NCBI GenBank assembly: GCA_951406725.2
Contig: OX597821.1
Coordinates: 74,028,001 to 74,092,000, forward strand
Direction: 5' to 3'
Origin: Octopus vulgaris
Taxonomy: Eukaryota
DNA length: 64,000 nt
The position numbers were made by a program, and so were the translations under genes. Numbering within the stretch: the stretch's first letter is position 1; each line of letters starts with the position of its first letter. Below the pieces are notes generated by a model. It was not told where the DNA came from. It worked only from the letters and a program-made list of their open reading frames with translations, and made no database searches. This document shows, piece after piece, positions 1 to 14,713 of this stretch.

Positions 1-16
1 ATATATTATGCATATT

Positions 17-180
17 TCTTTATTGCACACAGGGGGTTACACACAGAGAGGACAAACAAGGACAGACAAACGGATTAAGTCGATTATATCGACCCCAGTA
101 CGTAACTGCTACTTATTTAATCGACCCCGAAAGGATGAAAGGTAAATTTGACATCGGCGGAATTTGAACTCAGAACGTTA
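17..180 (-). mobile_element. SINE family A 3' portion with long-tail variant
   Basis: Reverse complement contains the B box and central domain, then TTGTCCTCTCTGTGTGTAACCCCCTGTGTGCAATAAAGAAAT. Confidence 0.75.
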
Positions 181-369
181 CGTATAACACAACTGGTCCG
201 GATAACGCCCTTTAATACTCAATCCAGAACTATGTTTCGATTCTCGGTTATTTTTGTAGATATATATTTTGTATATATGGGCTGACAAAGCCTCGCAATA
301 AAACTAATTTACGTGATAGCACGTCGGTACAGTTGTTATACACCGCTGTTTTATTCCAGTGGGATACAG

Positions 370-513
<144 letters not shown>

Positions 514-538
514 TGTGTGCGTCGTAATGGTTGTGTGC

Positions 539-600
<62 letters not shown>

Positions 601-871
601 ATATATATATACGTGTATATATATATATATGAGTACGTGTATATATATATATATGTGAGTATATATATAAATATATATGTGTGTGTGAGTATATATATAT
701 ACGGATTGTATGTATATGCGTGTGTGTGTGAAGGATTTCGTAAGATTTCTTGTTATGCAAATACATCGAAATATATTCTCAACTAAAACAGAATAAGCTT
801 TTCTTTTCTTACTGTCGTTTGATTCAGGTCAAACGTAATTTATGCAGAGAATATGAGAACTTGATAGAAAT

Positions 872-951
<80 letters not shown>

Positions 952-1223
952 CCTGGGTATGTAGGTTCGGTGGCATAGGTCAACCGTTTTTCTTTTTAGT
1001 TTTGTTAACATATTGCCGTGTAAAATGGAAGATAGAGCAACTCGTTAATAGACACCCAATAATAGGAAAGTTATATTTTTTCAGATACAACGCTGAGTAT
1101 AATTTGATTAATAAAACTTATTGTTTAGAAGGTTTTGCCAATTATTGTTGCGCATTGTAATACATAGATTTTGATTCTGGCGTCTATTCTGTTGCTGTAA
1201 ATTTTGGTCATCTTGCGCACACG

Positions 1224-1299
<76 letters not shown>

Positions 1300-1312
1300 C
1301 GCACACATAAAT

Positions 1313-1505
1313 ATTCTTTTATTCTTCTTATTTGTTTCAGTCATTTGACTGCGGCTAGGCTGGAGCACTGCCTTAGATGGTGTTACTCGAAGAAATCAAC
1401 CTCAGGACTTATTCTTTGTAAGCCTAGAGCTTGCCGAACCACCAAATTACGGGGACATAAACACACCTGCATCGGTTGTCAAGCGATAGCGGGGTGGGTG
1501 GGGTG

Positions 1506-1575
<70 letters not shown>

Positions 1576-1768
1576 CTATATCTATATCTATATATCTATA
1601 TCTATATATATATACGACGGGCTTCTTCCAGTTTCCGTCTACCAAATCCCCTCACAAGGCTTTGGTCAGCCCGAAGCTATAGTAGAAGACACTTGCCCAT
1701 GGTGCCACGCAGTGGGGCTGAACTCGGAACCACGTGGTTGAGAAGCAAGCTTATTACCACCCAGCTAC
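1313..1768 (-). mobile_element. SINE family B copy
   Basis: Similar to 6882-7297. Confidence 0.8.
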
Positions 1769-3669
1769 ATGTATGTGTGTATGAAATTCTGTACATACAC
1801 CCACACGCACACACGTACACACTTATACATACGTATACATACATATACATACATAGTTATATATATGTATATGCATGTACACACACACACACACATATAT
1901 ATATGTACGGTGAATTCACAAAAAAACAAAACAAAACACTAAGATAGGTGGTGTAGACAGATGTATTAGTTTAACGCTCGGGAAGTGTAAAAGTCTTTAA
2001 CGTTTCGAGCCTACGCTCTTCCACAGAAAGTAACACAGAAAGAAACAAGGAGAGAAAATAAAGAATGTGTTGTGGCTAGCGATCTAGACCCATCTACACA
2101 CGTACGTTGCGCGCACACATACATATAAGTAGGTATGTATAACATATAAGTAGCTTCTAGGGACAATATATGATAAATTCACGCGATGGCTATCTTATGT
2201 GAGATTGAAAGTATGGGTCATTCATTTTGGGGGCAAGAGTAATCTCGATCAGACGACCTACGTGAATGCATAACTGGTGTTTAACTGTTTGTCGGTCCCG
2301 GATGGGATAGAAGGGCGAATTTTCAATTTAAAGGCAAGTAAATTAATATCCGACGGAGTTCTCTACCGCTCGGCTCTGTTTGCTATTCACTGATCAAAAA
2401 ACCACCACTACCATCACCACCACCACTTCAACCGCCACCGCCGCCATCAATACACAGCCAATAAAAACGAGAATGGCAGTGCAATGATACGCCATAGATT
2501 TATGTTTTGTGTTGTTGGTCGACATGCTTGGCAGAACACACAAATCATCTTCAAAACACAACCTCATCTCTTTGATACAAAATGGGGCATTTTAGTCAAT
2601 ATTTCTATACAGGATGGGTTGGCGAGTTGGCGAGTTGGCAGAATCATTAGCGCTTCGCAGACGTTCTTCCGACTTGACGTTCTGAGTTCAAATTCCGCCG
2701 CGGTCGACTTTGCCTTTCACCGTTTCGGGGTCGATGAAACAAGTACCCGTCAAGTACCAGTTGAGTACTGATGCCAACTTAATCAACTTACCTCCTTCCC
2801 CAAAGTTGCTGGCCTTGTACCAATATTTGAAATCAAGATTTACAGACAGGCTGAATCGAGTCTAACCTAGGTTTATGTAACAGCAATGGTGATGGTAGTA
2901 GATTCCTTATTGGCGAAATGACATTTTAATAGTTACCTTTTTGAGAATAAAGATTGTATTTGATATGCAAAATAGGTATTGTATTAAGAATGACTCCTCG
3001 TCTTTGAGATCAGTAACTCATACAAATGCCACTGCACCACCGATTACAGAGGGAAATCGAACCATTATGGACTGCATATCTATAGTAGAACTGAATGAGG
3101 AGCTTCTTCTATACGGCATTGAAGTTTCTAGAAGTAGCAGTGAAATGTACTTCAAATCACATCCTACCATCTTAAAAATATTAGGACCGATAGATAGGAT
3201 AATGAAATTTTAAACAAGATGGAATGGTCACGGCAGAAACGCGTTTGATTATACTCCATTTGATCAAGGTGGGACTGAGTTAAACTACGGAGAATAGATT
3301 ATAATGATCACGTGTAGTCTCACGTGGTGAGATACGAACTGCCGACCCTTCCGATGCTAGTGTTACCATCTTATTGGCTCCGTCTGTAATCTGCGACTTA
3401 AGTTTGTCCATATAACATTCATTGAATCGATTCTAAGTCGGAACGAAAGCAAGCGGGTTACATATGAAAATGGCTACCGGCCTTTCCCTTGGACGTTTTT
3501 ACGTTTGTCCAAAATGTTATCTGCTAATCAAAAACAAAAGCAATGACGGTAGCAGTAGGATCGGCAGCGGCGGCAGCAGCAGCAGCAGAAGCAGCAGCAG
3601 CAGCTAACAATAATAATAATAACGAAAACATCAAAATAAGAACAGCATTAAAAAAGGAAACCAAAAGCA

Positions 3670-3684
3670 CACACACACATATCT

Positions 3685-3768
<84 letters not shown>

Positions 3769-3857
3769 GTATATATATATATATATATATATCAATCTAT
3801 CTATCTTTCTATCTATATACATATATATATATACTTATCTATCTATCTATCTATCTA

Positions 3858-3904
<47 letters not shown>

Positions 3905-4037
3905 CAATCTATCTATCTTTCTATTTATATATATACATATATATATATCTATCTATCTATCTATCTATGTATATATATATATATATATGTGTGTGTATAT
4001 ATATATATATATATATCAATCTATCTATCTTTCTATC

Positions 4038-4098
<61 letters not shown>
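3670..4098. repeat. Compound (TATC)n/(TA)n microsatellite (representative of dozens in the window)
   Basis: Direct reading. Confidence 0.95.
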
Positions 4099-4101
<3 letters not shown>

Positions 4102-5083
4102 CACGACTAAGAATGAAGATATGTGCAATATTTCTAAGGAGAGAAATGGAAGAGAAAATACAACTTAAGAATGAACTTGAAACAAACTTTTTTTTCTGGT
4201 GGATCGAAGTTTCAACAGAAGAGAGAAGGAGATGAATTAATTGAAGCAAACGTAAGCTATAAATTCTCGAAACCAGAAAACTATCTTAAACAACAACAAC
4301 AACGACTGCAATTATTTCAGTTTATTGTATATTGGAAGATTAAAACACTGCAATAATGTTTGACATCGGTTTTAGCGTTTTATTGAAATTTTATAACCGC
4401 ATCTTTCTTCTTCTTTATGACCAATGCTTTCGTTCCCTATCTTCCTTCTTTGCTTTCTTTATTTCTTTATTCTTTTCCTATTTTCTGCTTTCATTTCTTT
4501 CTTCTTCCCTTCTTCTTCCATCTCTACTTCATTTTGTCTTTTCGAATCTCTCTATTTTAATTTCCCCGTTTTTATTGTAATTTCTCTGCACTGCCCTCAA
4601 CACGTTTCTAGCCCCGAAAAAGTTGTTATCTGAATAAAGATTCTCCATGTTGTTCCGTAAAGAATGTTTGTAAGTTAAAATATTTCTAATGCTGCTTATT
4701 TTTTGTCAGATTTAGTTTTATTTCTTTCTTTGTATTCTTTTTTTTTTTTACAAAAAAAAAAAAAACAAAAAAAAAACAAGCGCAAAACTCACCGCTTAAA
4801 CCATTAAGTGGCAAACCATAAAACCGAAATCCATAAAGTCTGAGATGAAATCCACGTCTTATCAGTTCCGAGCGAAAGAAGAAGAAGAAGCCCAAGAAAG
4901 GGAACGGAGAATATCTAAGAAGTAAATAAATAACGAAGAATGATTTTTATTTTATTCCCGAGATGAGGTTAAGTATATTTATATTGGTTCAATGTTAAAA
5001 GTGCGGCATTTGTTAAGCTAAACGTCTCTCAAATTCTATGCTCTGTTAACAATATTATGCTCAGATTTTCAAATATAAAGCGG

Positions 5084-5140
<57 letters not shown>

Positions 5141-5145
<5 letters not shown>

Positions 5146-5396
5146 TTGCTTATGTGTTAAACTGACGTATGTCCAAATTTGGCCAAATGCCTTTTTATCA
5201 ATATTTATTTTTCTTTGCAATAGCCGGTTCTTTTGGTCAAACAATTGTATTTCCCGCTACTTCATATGCTAAAATATAAAAAAAATTGTCAAAATGTAGT
5301 ACAACGGTTTTGCTATGGAATGGTGAAACTATTTTTTCGGTTTCTGAAAAAAACCAACGTTTTGGACTTACAACACTTTTGCATCATAGCAACGAT
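5141..5396. mobile_element. Tc1/mariner-type MITE; second copy at 41739-41957
   Basis: TIR-like TATCGTTGCT / AGCAACGATA in TA context; interior similar between the two copies. Confidence 0.65.
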
Positions 5397-5682
5397 ATAT
5401 TTCTATGTCTTGTTATATTTGTACTATATTAATGTATAATATCATTGCCATTATGTAGTGGTTTAATAAAGTATTGATTGGGTATTATCTGATAGTTGAT
5501 GATTGATTTAGATATATTTCTCCATTTTCTCATTTTGTATATATATATATATATATATATATATTTAAGATTCAGTTGAATTAGGTACTTAAGTTGAGGC
5601 ACCAAGTCAGTCCGGTGTGGTCTGCGCAGCTCTAAGTTAGGTGAATAAAATACAAATAAGTAACAAGGATGTCTAGGTATCA

Positions 5683-5770
5683 GTGCATTACGGCCGTTTC
5701 AAGCGGCTCCATTTAATAGATCAATAAAAACATTACATCAATTTCAAATAGACCGCTCTCCTCGGACACA
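5683..5770 (-). ncRNA. Hammerhead-like motif with CCGAGGA core variant in a PLE-like repeat (about 5565-6580)
   Basis: GTGT-CCGAGGA-GAGCGG...CCGCTT-GAAA-CGGCCG-TA-ATGC on the minus strand. Confidence 0.5.
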
Positions 5771-6582
5771 GACAACCTTATAGATTTCCAACATACAGGA
5801 TACACCATTATATTTTTCTCAACAAATTTCCCATAATAGTAGAGACTAAAATAATTACATTCCTTCCCTTTGCTATTTTTGTGGCAGAATGAGTTTAAGG
5901 AAAAAAGTACTTAAAGCCTATTATAATTTAGAGTGGCAGAGGGAAATATTGTGGGGGAAGAAAGAGGAATGGTGATATAGCTACATTCATTTTTATACTT
6001 ACCACATTCAAAACGCTCAATGCTGCATGTAGTCTACAATCTCTTAGAATTAAATCCATTGAGAGTTGGCAGTTAAGTTCTTGTTTGTGGTGATAAATTA
6101 ATTGATGTCAGGTACCCCCCCACCTCTATTTTACTGGGACCGGCTCAGAAGCTGCTAGTAAGATACTGATATATAGAGAAGAGGTGATAAACAGAAAGAG
6201 GAAGGACAGGGGTGACTTAACATATTATGACTATAAAATAAAAGGGGCCTAAATTGGAAAACAAAGGAGATCACCATGAGATCTAAGTGTGGGAATTAAA
6301 AGTACGGGAAAAGATGTGCATCCAAACTTAGAAAAATTTATATATTAAAATATAAAAATTTAGAAAAGGATTTAAGAACTAAATAAGGGAAAAGGACAGA
6401 AAAGTCAACCAAAGCCTGAGGTGGGGGTCCTTTTATATATAAGAGAAACCTCATAATGCTTCTTTCTAGCATAATGCTTCTACCTAGTATATTCCACCAG
6501 GGAAGAATCGGCGTAAGTTAAAATAATAAACCGGAATAGGTGAAGGGTGATAGGTGAACAGAAGTATAGTTAGGGATTAGTG

Positions 6583-6650
<68 letters not shown>

Positions 6651-6833
6651 CGTGTGTGTGTATGTGTGTATGTATTCATGTGTTTATTTGCAGAACTGTC
6701 TCTTTGTGCGTCTGTCTCTCTCCCTCCATATATATATGTTTTGGTAAAATCTACCATATTTTCGCTGAATGTTTTAGGAACCTATTAATAAAAAATATTT
6801 TAACTATCATCAGTGCATTTTCAACTTCTATTT

Positions 6834-6872
<39 letters not shown>

Positions 6873-6881
6873 TCTCTCTCT

Positions 6882-7078
6882 CTTTTACTCTTTTACTTGT
6901 TTCAGTCATTTGACTGCGGCCATGCTGGAGCACCGCCTTTAGTCGAGCAAATCGACCCCGGGACTTATTCTTTGTAAGCCCAGTACTTACTCTATCGGTC
7001 TCTTTTGCCGAACCGCTAAGTTACGGGGACGTAAACACACCAGCATCGGTTGTCAAGCGATGCTAGGGGGACACACAA

Positions 7079-7123
<45 letters not shown>

Positions 7124-7297
7124 CACATATATACGACAGGCTTCTTTCAGTTTCCGTCTACCAAATCCACTCACAAGCCACTGGTCGGCCCGGGGCTATA
7201 GCAGAAGACACTTGCCCAAGATGCCACGCAGTGGGACTGAACCCGGAACCATGTGGTTGGTTAGCAAGCTACTTACCACACAGCCACTCCTGCGCCT
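6882..7297 (-). mobile_element. Full-length tRNA-derived CORE-type SINE (family B) with internal TA/TG microsatellite
   Basis: Head GGCGCAGGAGTGGCTGTGTGGTAAG...GGTTCAGTCCC (A/B boxes), CTTGGGCAAGT CORE-like box, tail GTAAAAGA repeats. Confidence 0.85.
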
Positions 7298-7489
7298 ATA
7301 TATATATATATATATATAATATACAAATATCACAAATATCACGTAAATCTTTACTTGGAAGAACTTTCATGTGAACTGACATTGAAAGCAAAGCTGGTGC
7401 AGAAACAATTGTAACTGATCATTAGCAATGTGTTAAAGTCTTTCTTTGTCTTCGTATTTGAGTTATACGTATACACATATGTGTGTGTG

Positions 7490-7574
<85 letters not shown>

Positions 7575-7625
7575 CATATACATATACATGCATACATACA
7601 TACACACACACATATATAGATATAT

Positions 7626-8013
7626 ATTCTTTTATTCTTTTACTTGTTTCAGTCATTATACTGCGGCCATGCTGGAGTACCGACTTTAGTCCAACAAATC
7701 GGTCCCAGGACTTATCTTTTGTAAGCCTAGTACGTATTTTATCTGTCTCTTTTGCCGAACCGCTAAGTTACGGGGACGTAAACACAACAACATTGGTTGT
7801 CAATCGATGGTGGGGGATAAACACAGACACAAACATATATATATGTATATATGATAGGCTTCTTTCAGTTTCCGTCTAACAAATCCACTCACAAGGCCTT
7901 GGTCGACCCGAGGCTATAGCAAAAGAGACTTGTCCAAGGTGCCACGCAGTGGGACTGAACCCGGGACCATGTGGTTGGGAAGCAAACTTCTTACCCCACA
8001 GCCAGCTCTTGCA
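7626..8013 (-). mobile_element. SINE family B copy
   Basis: Similar to 6882-7297. Confidence 0.8.
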
Positions 8014-8026
8014 CCGCCCACACACA

Positions 8027-8242
8027 CGTGGGGGTGGTGAAAAGTTCCTGGCTTTGGCTTAAATAAAATAAAAGAGAATTAGTTAATTATGATTTTATTC
8101 AACTTATTCTTCTCTCATATTCACACTCTTATTGGAGCGGTCCTCCAGTTTTTCCAAGCCCTGTAAAAGAACTCGGAAGTTTGGGTTCCAAACCAGGCCT
8201 TTCGCAACACCCATAAAGCCAGGAAATTTGCAGCACCCCTCA
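8027..8242 (-). mobile_element. Mariner-derived MITE retaining the transposase C-terminus
   Basis: Imperfect ~28-bp TIRs (GGGGTGGTGAAAAGTTCCTGGCTTT / AAAGCCAGGAAATTTGCAGCACCCC). Minus-strand QGLEKLEDRSNKSVNMREE resembles the mariner GI.KL..RW.KCV...GDY end. Confidence 0.7.
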
Positions 8243-8606
8243 GGCGCACGCGCGCGTGTGTGGTGTATGTGTGAGCATGTATCCATGCGTATGTAAAAAG
8301 GCAGAGACGGATTGCGCCAGCCAGCAAAGTAATGTCCAATCATTATGTTATCCTTGTCGCGTTCTTAAACTGCTGAATCTCAATAAATTATGGAAGTATA
8401 GAAACTCTTAAACTACAGACAAAGCAGCATCCACGCAAACCATACCTACATACTCAGGTGGGCATGAGGTTGTACGTGCTCCAATGCATACAAATATATG
8501 CGATTGTTTGCGTGTTTGGGTGTAGGTATCTATGTATCTATCTATGTATCTATCTATCTATGTATCTATGTATCTATGTATGTATGTATGTATGTATGTA
8601 TGTATG

Positions 8607-8679
<73 letters not shown>

Positions 8680-9170
8680 GTCTATGTATCTGTCCCTCTG
8701 TCTCTCTGTCTATTTAACTAATTAGCTACCTATAAACGTCAGTTTACTATTTGCACCTGTTTCATTAAAGAAATTAGGAAAGCCACCAATTTAGCTCTGG
8801 GAAAGCGCTAATGGTTTTTCACACAAATATTACAAAAGGCTTATTGTACGACAGGTTCTTTTGAGAAACAACGAAAGACACACAAAAATAAATGACAAGC
8901 CCTCACCAGTCAAAAAGACAATTAGATCTGCTAGAAACAGCAGCCAAGTAACTGTCAGATGAGAACCTGAATTCGTAAAATAAATGAAAGACGTGTTGCT
9001 TAATGCAGACTTAGGAATACTGAGTTGCAACGATAAGATGAAACTGGTTACAAGTGTTTAGATATTAAATGTTTCAGTAGAGAAAGAATAATAATAACAG
9101 CAACAATAACGATAATATATATATATATATATATACATACATATACATATATATACATATATATATGTAT

Positions 9171-9206
<36 letters not shown>

Positions 9207-10879
9207 CATACATGTATATTTATATATACATATATATATATAAACATTTAGTCAATTACAATTTATGCCGTCACTACACCATCGTAGGATCGATTCTTCC
9301 AATGGTTGGTTAAGAAGTTTGTGTTACATGACTTACATTATTGAGTTCAGGTTAGAAATTGTAGATAACCACTTGGAGATTTGAACTCACAAACATAACT
9401 TAAACAAATGGTATTTTAAATTAATCTAGCAACAGCCATCTTTCTTTCTCTGATTACACACATTCGCACACGTTCACACATACACATATACACATACACA
9501 CACACGATTATACACTCACAATTTACACTCACTGATACCATATTTGTGTCTGGCTATCAACATATCTCTATATTCCCCCCCCCCCCTTTCTTTTAATCTC
9601 ACTATCTAGCAATCCACACACACACACACACACACACACGCACGCACACACACAAATGTTGATATCTGATTTTTAAAAATCTGAGAGGGAAGAGAAAGCT
9701 CTCCTCTGCTAAAGAAACACTGTCGACCTTTCGTTCTGATTTCGTTCATTAATTAGAAAAATTATCGGTAATACAATATCTAACGGCTGAATGGCATATC
9801 TGTCTGTTAGACGAGAAATGAATGTTTGGTATCGATTTCAGTTATTAAGTTGAAGTAGAAAGCGTTTGGAAAGACGAGCGGTGCCATGGTGCTAAACTCC
9901 CCGATGTCACAGGAGCGGAGGATATCAAGTGCTAGATACCAACACCTGAATATTGCACAATTGCTAAACAACGGAATTCCAACAGAAATGTAAGCGAGTC
10001 TTGGCGAGGAATCTCCAGTGACAAAATCATAATATAATCATATACAGATAGACATGAGATGGTCTTCACTAGATATATGACGTGTCGTTCAAATACAATT
10101 ATCCTGTATGCTGTTCTCTTAGCAATGGTAACATGAGATAGTTTTTGTATTTTGATACGGCGAAACAGCGATCACAGAATGCCGACGGGAGAATCCGGTG
10201 TCGAACCATTAATGTTTTCTCGCTGAACGTTGTGTATCAATTGAAGATGAGGCGAACATCACTCGCCGGAGCTGCAGCTTTGTCAACTAAACAGATATTG
10301 CGACTGTTTCTTAGTTTTATGGAGCGAACAAAATGAACAGAAGAATTAAATATCAGGATATAAATAGAAAAGTATTTCAGAGATAAGCCACCTTAATTCG
10401 TCGTATTTCAGTGACTTTATCACTTTGCTTATACTTATTTGTTTACATCATGTTGTGTAATTTGTTTTGAATATTATAAACAAATCCCAGTTTAATGCTG
10501 GAAAATTTGAAGCGCGGTGGATTGGCAGGAGTGGAGCGCTGGACTAAATACATTGCTTTCTGTCACCAGATCAAATCCTGCTGAATTCATCATTACCTTT
10601 TCATCCATCTGTTGTCCAGGGCAGAGTGCATTGGTGGAATTATAAGAAATTCGCCGCAGTATTTGTACTGGTTCTTCACATTATGAATTTCCGGATTACA
10701 ACAAGGTGACCAAGATGTAATGTTTCTTGTATTTCTATTTGAAAACGGGGGCGGCTGGTGTTGGAGGCTGCAGCTGCAAATTTTGATGTGAAATTTAGAA
10801 ATTAAATTTTTATACAGTGTAAGTTAACACAAACATCCAGATTTATCTTTAGTATAAGAAAAACTTATTTAGTATATTA

Positions 10880-11237
10880 TATACATTGTTTACATTATTT
10901 ACATTTGACGGATATTTGTCCTCGTCTTGTTTGTTGTTAACACAACGTTTTGGCTGATATACCCTCCAGCCTTCTTCAGGTGTCTTGGGGAAATTTCGAA
11001 CCTGGGTTCTCATTCCTAAGGTATTTTTCGATGTTATTATTACTATTATTATTATTACTATTATTATTATTATTATTATCATTATTATTATTGTTGTTGT
11101 TCAGTCACTGCTTGGAATCGAGCTCGGCATCTTGGGGTTAGTAGCCCGCGCTCTTAACCACTACGCCATATGCCAGTTGAATGTAAATAATGTAAATAAT
11201 GCGGCGCATAATTCCTCATCTCTTAAATATAGAACTG
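10880..11237 (-). mobile_element. Non-autonomous Penelope-like element with tRNA-like segment, internal (TAA)n and degenerate hammerhead
   Basis: tRNA-like 11173-11105 (TGGCGTAGTGG A box, GCTCGATTCC B-box-like). Hammerhead-like motif at about 10985-10940. Inverted TACATTATTTACATT near both ends. Confidence 0.6.
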
Positions 11238-11836
11238 TGTTATTTAGTACATTTGGTCGACTCGAGCAAACAGATATCAATTTGTGGTGTATAACATGCT
11301 CTCGCTAACTTTTTTAGGCGCATGCGTAGTCACGGTCAAAAGCACTTTCTCGTGCTGCGTTCCCCGTTCTTGTCTCAGCGGAACATCGAGGATGTGACAC
11401 CTTAGAAGACGAAGGGCTACGTCAATACTGGGCTGGCACATCTTGAAAAGAAATGCTTTCTTAAGGTACACTCAGCAGCCTACAGGTGTAGGAATAGAAC
11501 ACGTGACTTTGGGATCACGATCCCAATGACTGAACCATTATATACGGACAGCCGTGGCTGTTGGTCAAGGAGTGCATTCACAACCACTTCAGAAGTTGCT
11601 CTTTATTGACTTTCCAGGAAGTGTCCACAGCTTGCATGAGTGTTAGACGCTACGCATTCACCCATCTACCAATCCATCCGACCATTCATACATTCACACA
11701 CACAAATACACACACACACACTTACACACACATATATACACACCTACATCCTTCCACCCTCCACTCATCTATCCATTCATGCATTCATATATACCTAAAC
11801 AGTGTCTATCAATATATCTGTCTGACTCTCTGTCTG

Positions 11837-12030
<194 letters not shown>

Positions 12031-12490
12031 CATCTATCTATCAAGCTGTTTAATGAATAACAGTTTGACCTAACTCTATCTAACTTAAAATATTATTAAA
12101 AATGTATATAATGCCAATTAAATGCGTTAAGTACTAATTTTTTTCTTTGTTCACTTCGACATTTTTCTCTCCCAAAGAGTTCTTTAATCCAATGTTTGTA
12201 TGCTATTGTTTGTAGCTTTGTGTCTATGCATCGAAATATTCTGCAAAAGAGTTTGTTCACGTTCTCTCGAAAGTTTACATAAAAATTCTTCACAACATAG
12301 CGAAGACATGACGCGATGTAGTTAAAGAAATTTGAGAAATTTGAAAAGAAAACACGAAACCGGTTATTTCTCCAAAAACTATGTTACTATACACAAAAAT
12401 TTATAACATTTTTCTTACATAACGACTTAAATATATTCTTTAACCTTATAACACAAGCCTTCTGTAGTTTTTTCACTCTTTTTTTTTTTT

Positions 12491-12546
<56 letters not shown>

Positions 12547-12614
12547 ACATGTATGTATATTAATGGTATTTTAAATTAATCCAGTACCAACGTATATATG
12601 TATATATATGTATG

Positions 12615-12663
<49 letters not shown>

Positions 12664-12666
12664 GTG

Positions 12667-12740
<74 letters not shown>

Positions 12741-14305
12741 AGACCACTATTTTTTATTCTTACAATTTCCCTTCCTCTCATCACAATTTCCTACTTCTGT
12801 TCACTAAAATTCAATAGGGTTGGTCACCTATTATTGCCTGTCTCTACAAATAGAAAACCCACAGAAATGGTCGAACAAAGTTATGGAAATCGTTATTGAT
12901 TTTATTCTTTCCGTTAGAATCTTGCACCGGACCTGACATCAAATTTCTGGGCGCCTTATTATCTCATCAAATTTGAATTTCTAGTCTTATAAACTCACTG
13001 CTTCCTTTCGTTAGTTCTGTAGATGGTTTTTATCTATCATGGTTACGGCCATGCTACAGCACAGTCTTCGTGCAAAGTTTGTTTCTGAGTTTATTTAACC
13101 AATGCTGGATACCTTCCACTAAATCATGTCCTGTTTTCTCTTGATATACAGTAATAAAATAAGTCATGGAATAACAACTATTTTTTTTTTAATGCGATAA
13201 TTCTTTAATGTATTCTAGTGAAGTGTGAAGAATTCCTAATAGTCTAAGATGAAATCAAAAACAAGTTGAGAAAAATTGAATGTCAACCGATATAAACTTT
13301 TCCAGGAAAACAGCGTCACGGCTACTTTGAGTTTAGCTTTGAAATGATCCTTCGCTGAGCACTTTCCCTGATTCTATTACACTATCAAATTAAGTTTGCT
13401 TGACATCTTTTGTACAGCTAATACAATATTTGTCTTTTATCAGTGGGATTAATTTGGTTAGGTGAGAAATAAAAAAAGAAGAGTGTAGACACATCTGTTT
13501 TGTGGTAAAAATATTACGTGATTTCGTGATAGTTCCAAGGCTAACTTTTCCAAAATATACCAAAAAGAGACAAGAAAAGAAAGCTCTAACGACCTGTTAA
13601 TAGATAAACATGGTATTTCCATGTATTTTTTTCTTCTTTATATTCACATTCAGATTAGTTCTGTTACCGTCATTTCTTTTCAATATGCCTTTCGAATTTC
13701 TTCCTTCGAAATGAAGGAACGAAGAGAATTGCCGTTTTAGATTTCTGCTCGTGTAACAAAAGTAAAGAAACGTGAAAGGACTGTTAAATATGGCCATGGC
13801 GTGGAATAGAAACCAACAAATAGACAAGCGACAGTTGCCCTGCAGCAAAACCATTTACAGAATAAAAGACTGTAAACAAACATCAGAACGGTTTTACTTT
13901 TGTGCAGAGAAATGGATATTCGGATCGAGATATATGCGAAACAGTGTTTAAATTGAACGAAACTTGGAAATTGATAATCTAAGAAGAGTTTACGAGTTTT
14001 TAAATGCGAAATAAAAACGAAAAAAACAACAACAACGATAACAATTAAAACAAGAACAAAAAACCCAGTCATTCTGGCACTTTTTCCTGTGACTATTGTT
14101 ACTGTCAACAAACACCTTCATCGCCATTATGAAGAACACGGAAACAGTAAGGAATGGTGACATCGAAGACAACAACGACGACAGTGATGAAGATAATGGT
14201 AAATTCTATGGTATGTTGCTGTTGCTGTTGTTGACGATGATCATGGTAATAATATGACGATGAGCCTTCTCTTTCGTTTCTTTTATTTAAAACTATATAA
14301 ATACT

Positions 14306-14713
14306 TACTCTTTTATTCTTTTACTCTTTTACTTGTTTCAGTCATTTGACTGCGGCCATGCTGGAGCACCGCCTTTTTAGTCGAGCAAATCGACTCCAGG
14401 ACTTATTCTTTGTAAGCCTACTACTTATTCTATCGGGTCTTTTGCCGAATCGCTAAGTTACGGTGACGTAAACATTACAGCATCGGTTGTCAAGCGATGT
14501 TGGGGGACAAACACGGACACACAAACACACACACACACATGCATATACACATATACGACGGGCTTCTTTCAGTTTCCTTTTACCAAGTCTACTCACAAGG
14601 CTTTGGTCAGCCTGATGCTATAGTAGAAGACACTTGCCCAAGGTGCCACGCAGTGGGACTGAACCCGGAACCATGTGGTTGGTAAACAAGCTACTCACCA
14701 CACAGCCACTCCT
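14306..14713 (-). mobile_element. SINE family B copy
   Basis: Similar to 6882-7297. Confidence 0.85.

Noticed and set aside
11105-11173. Stand-alone tRNA gene (ACT anticodon-like loop)
   Set aside because: The acceptor stem does not pair, the B box is degenerate, and it is embedded in a repeat; treated as a tRNA-derived head.
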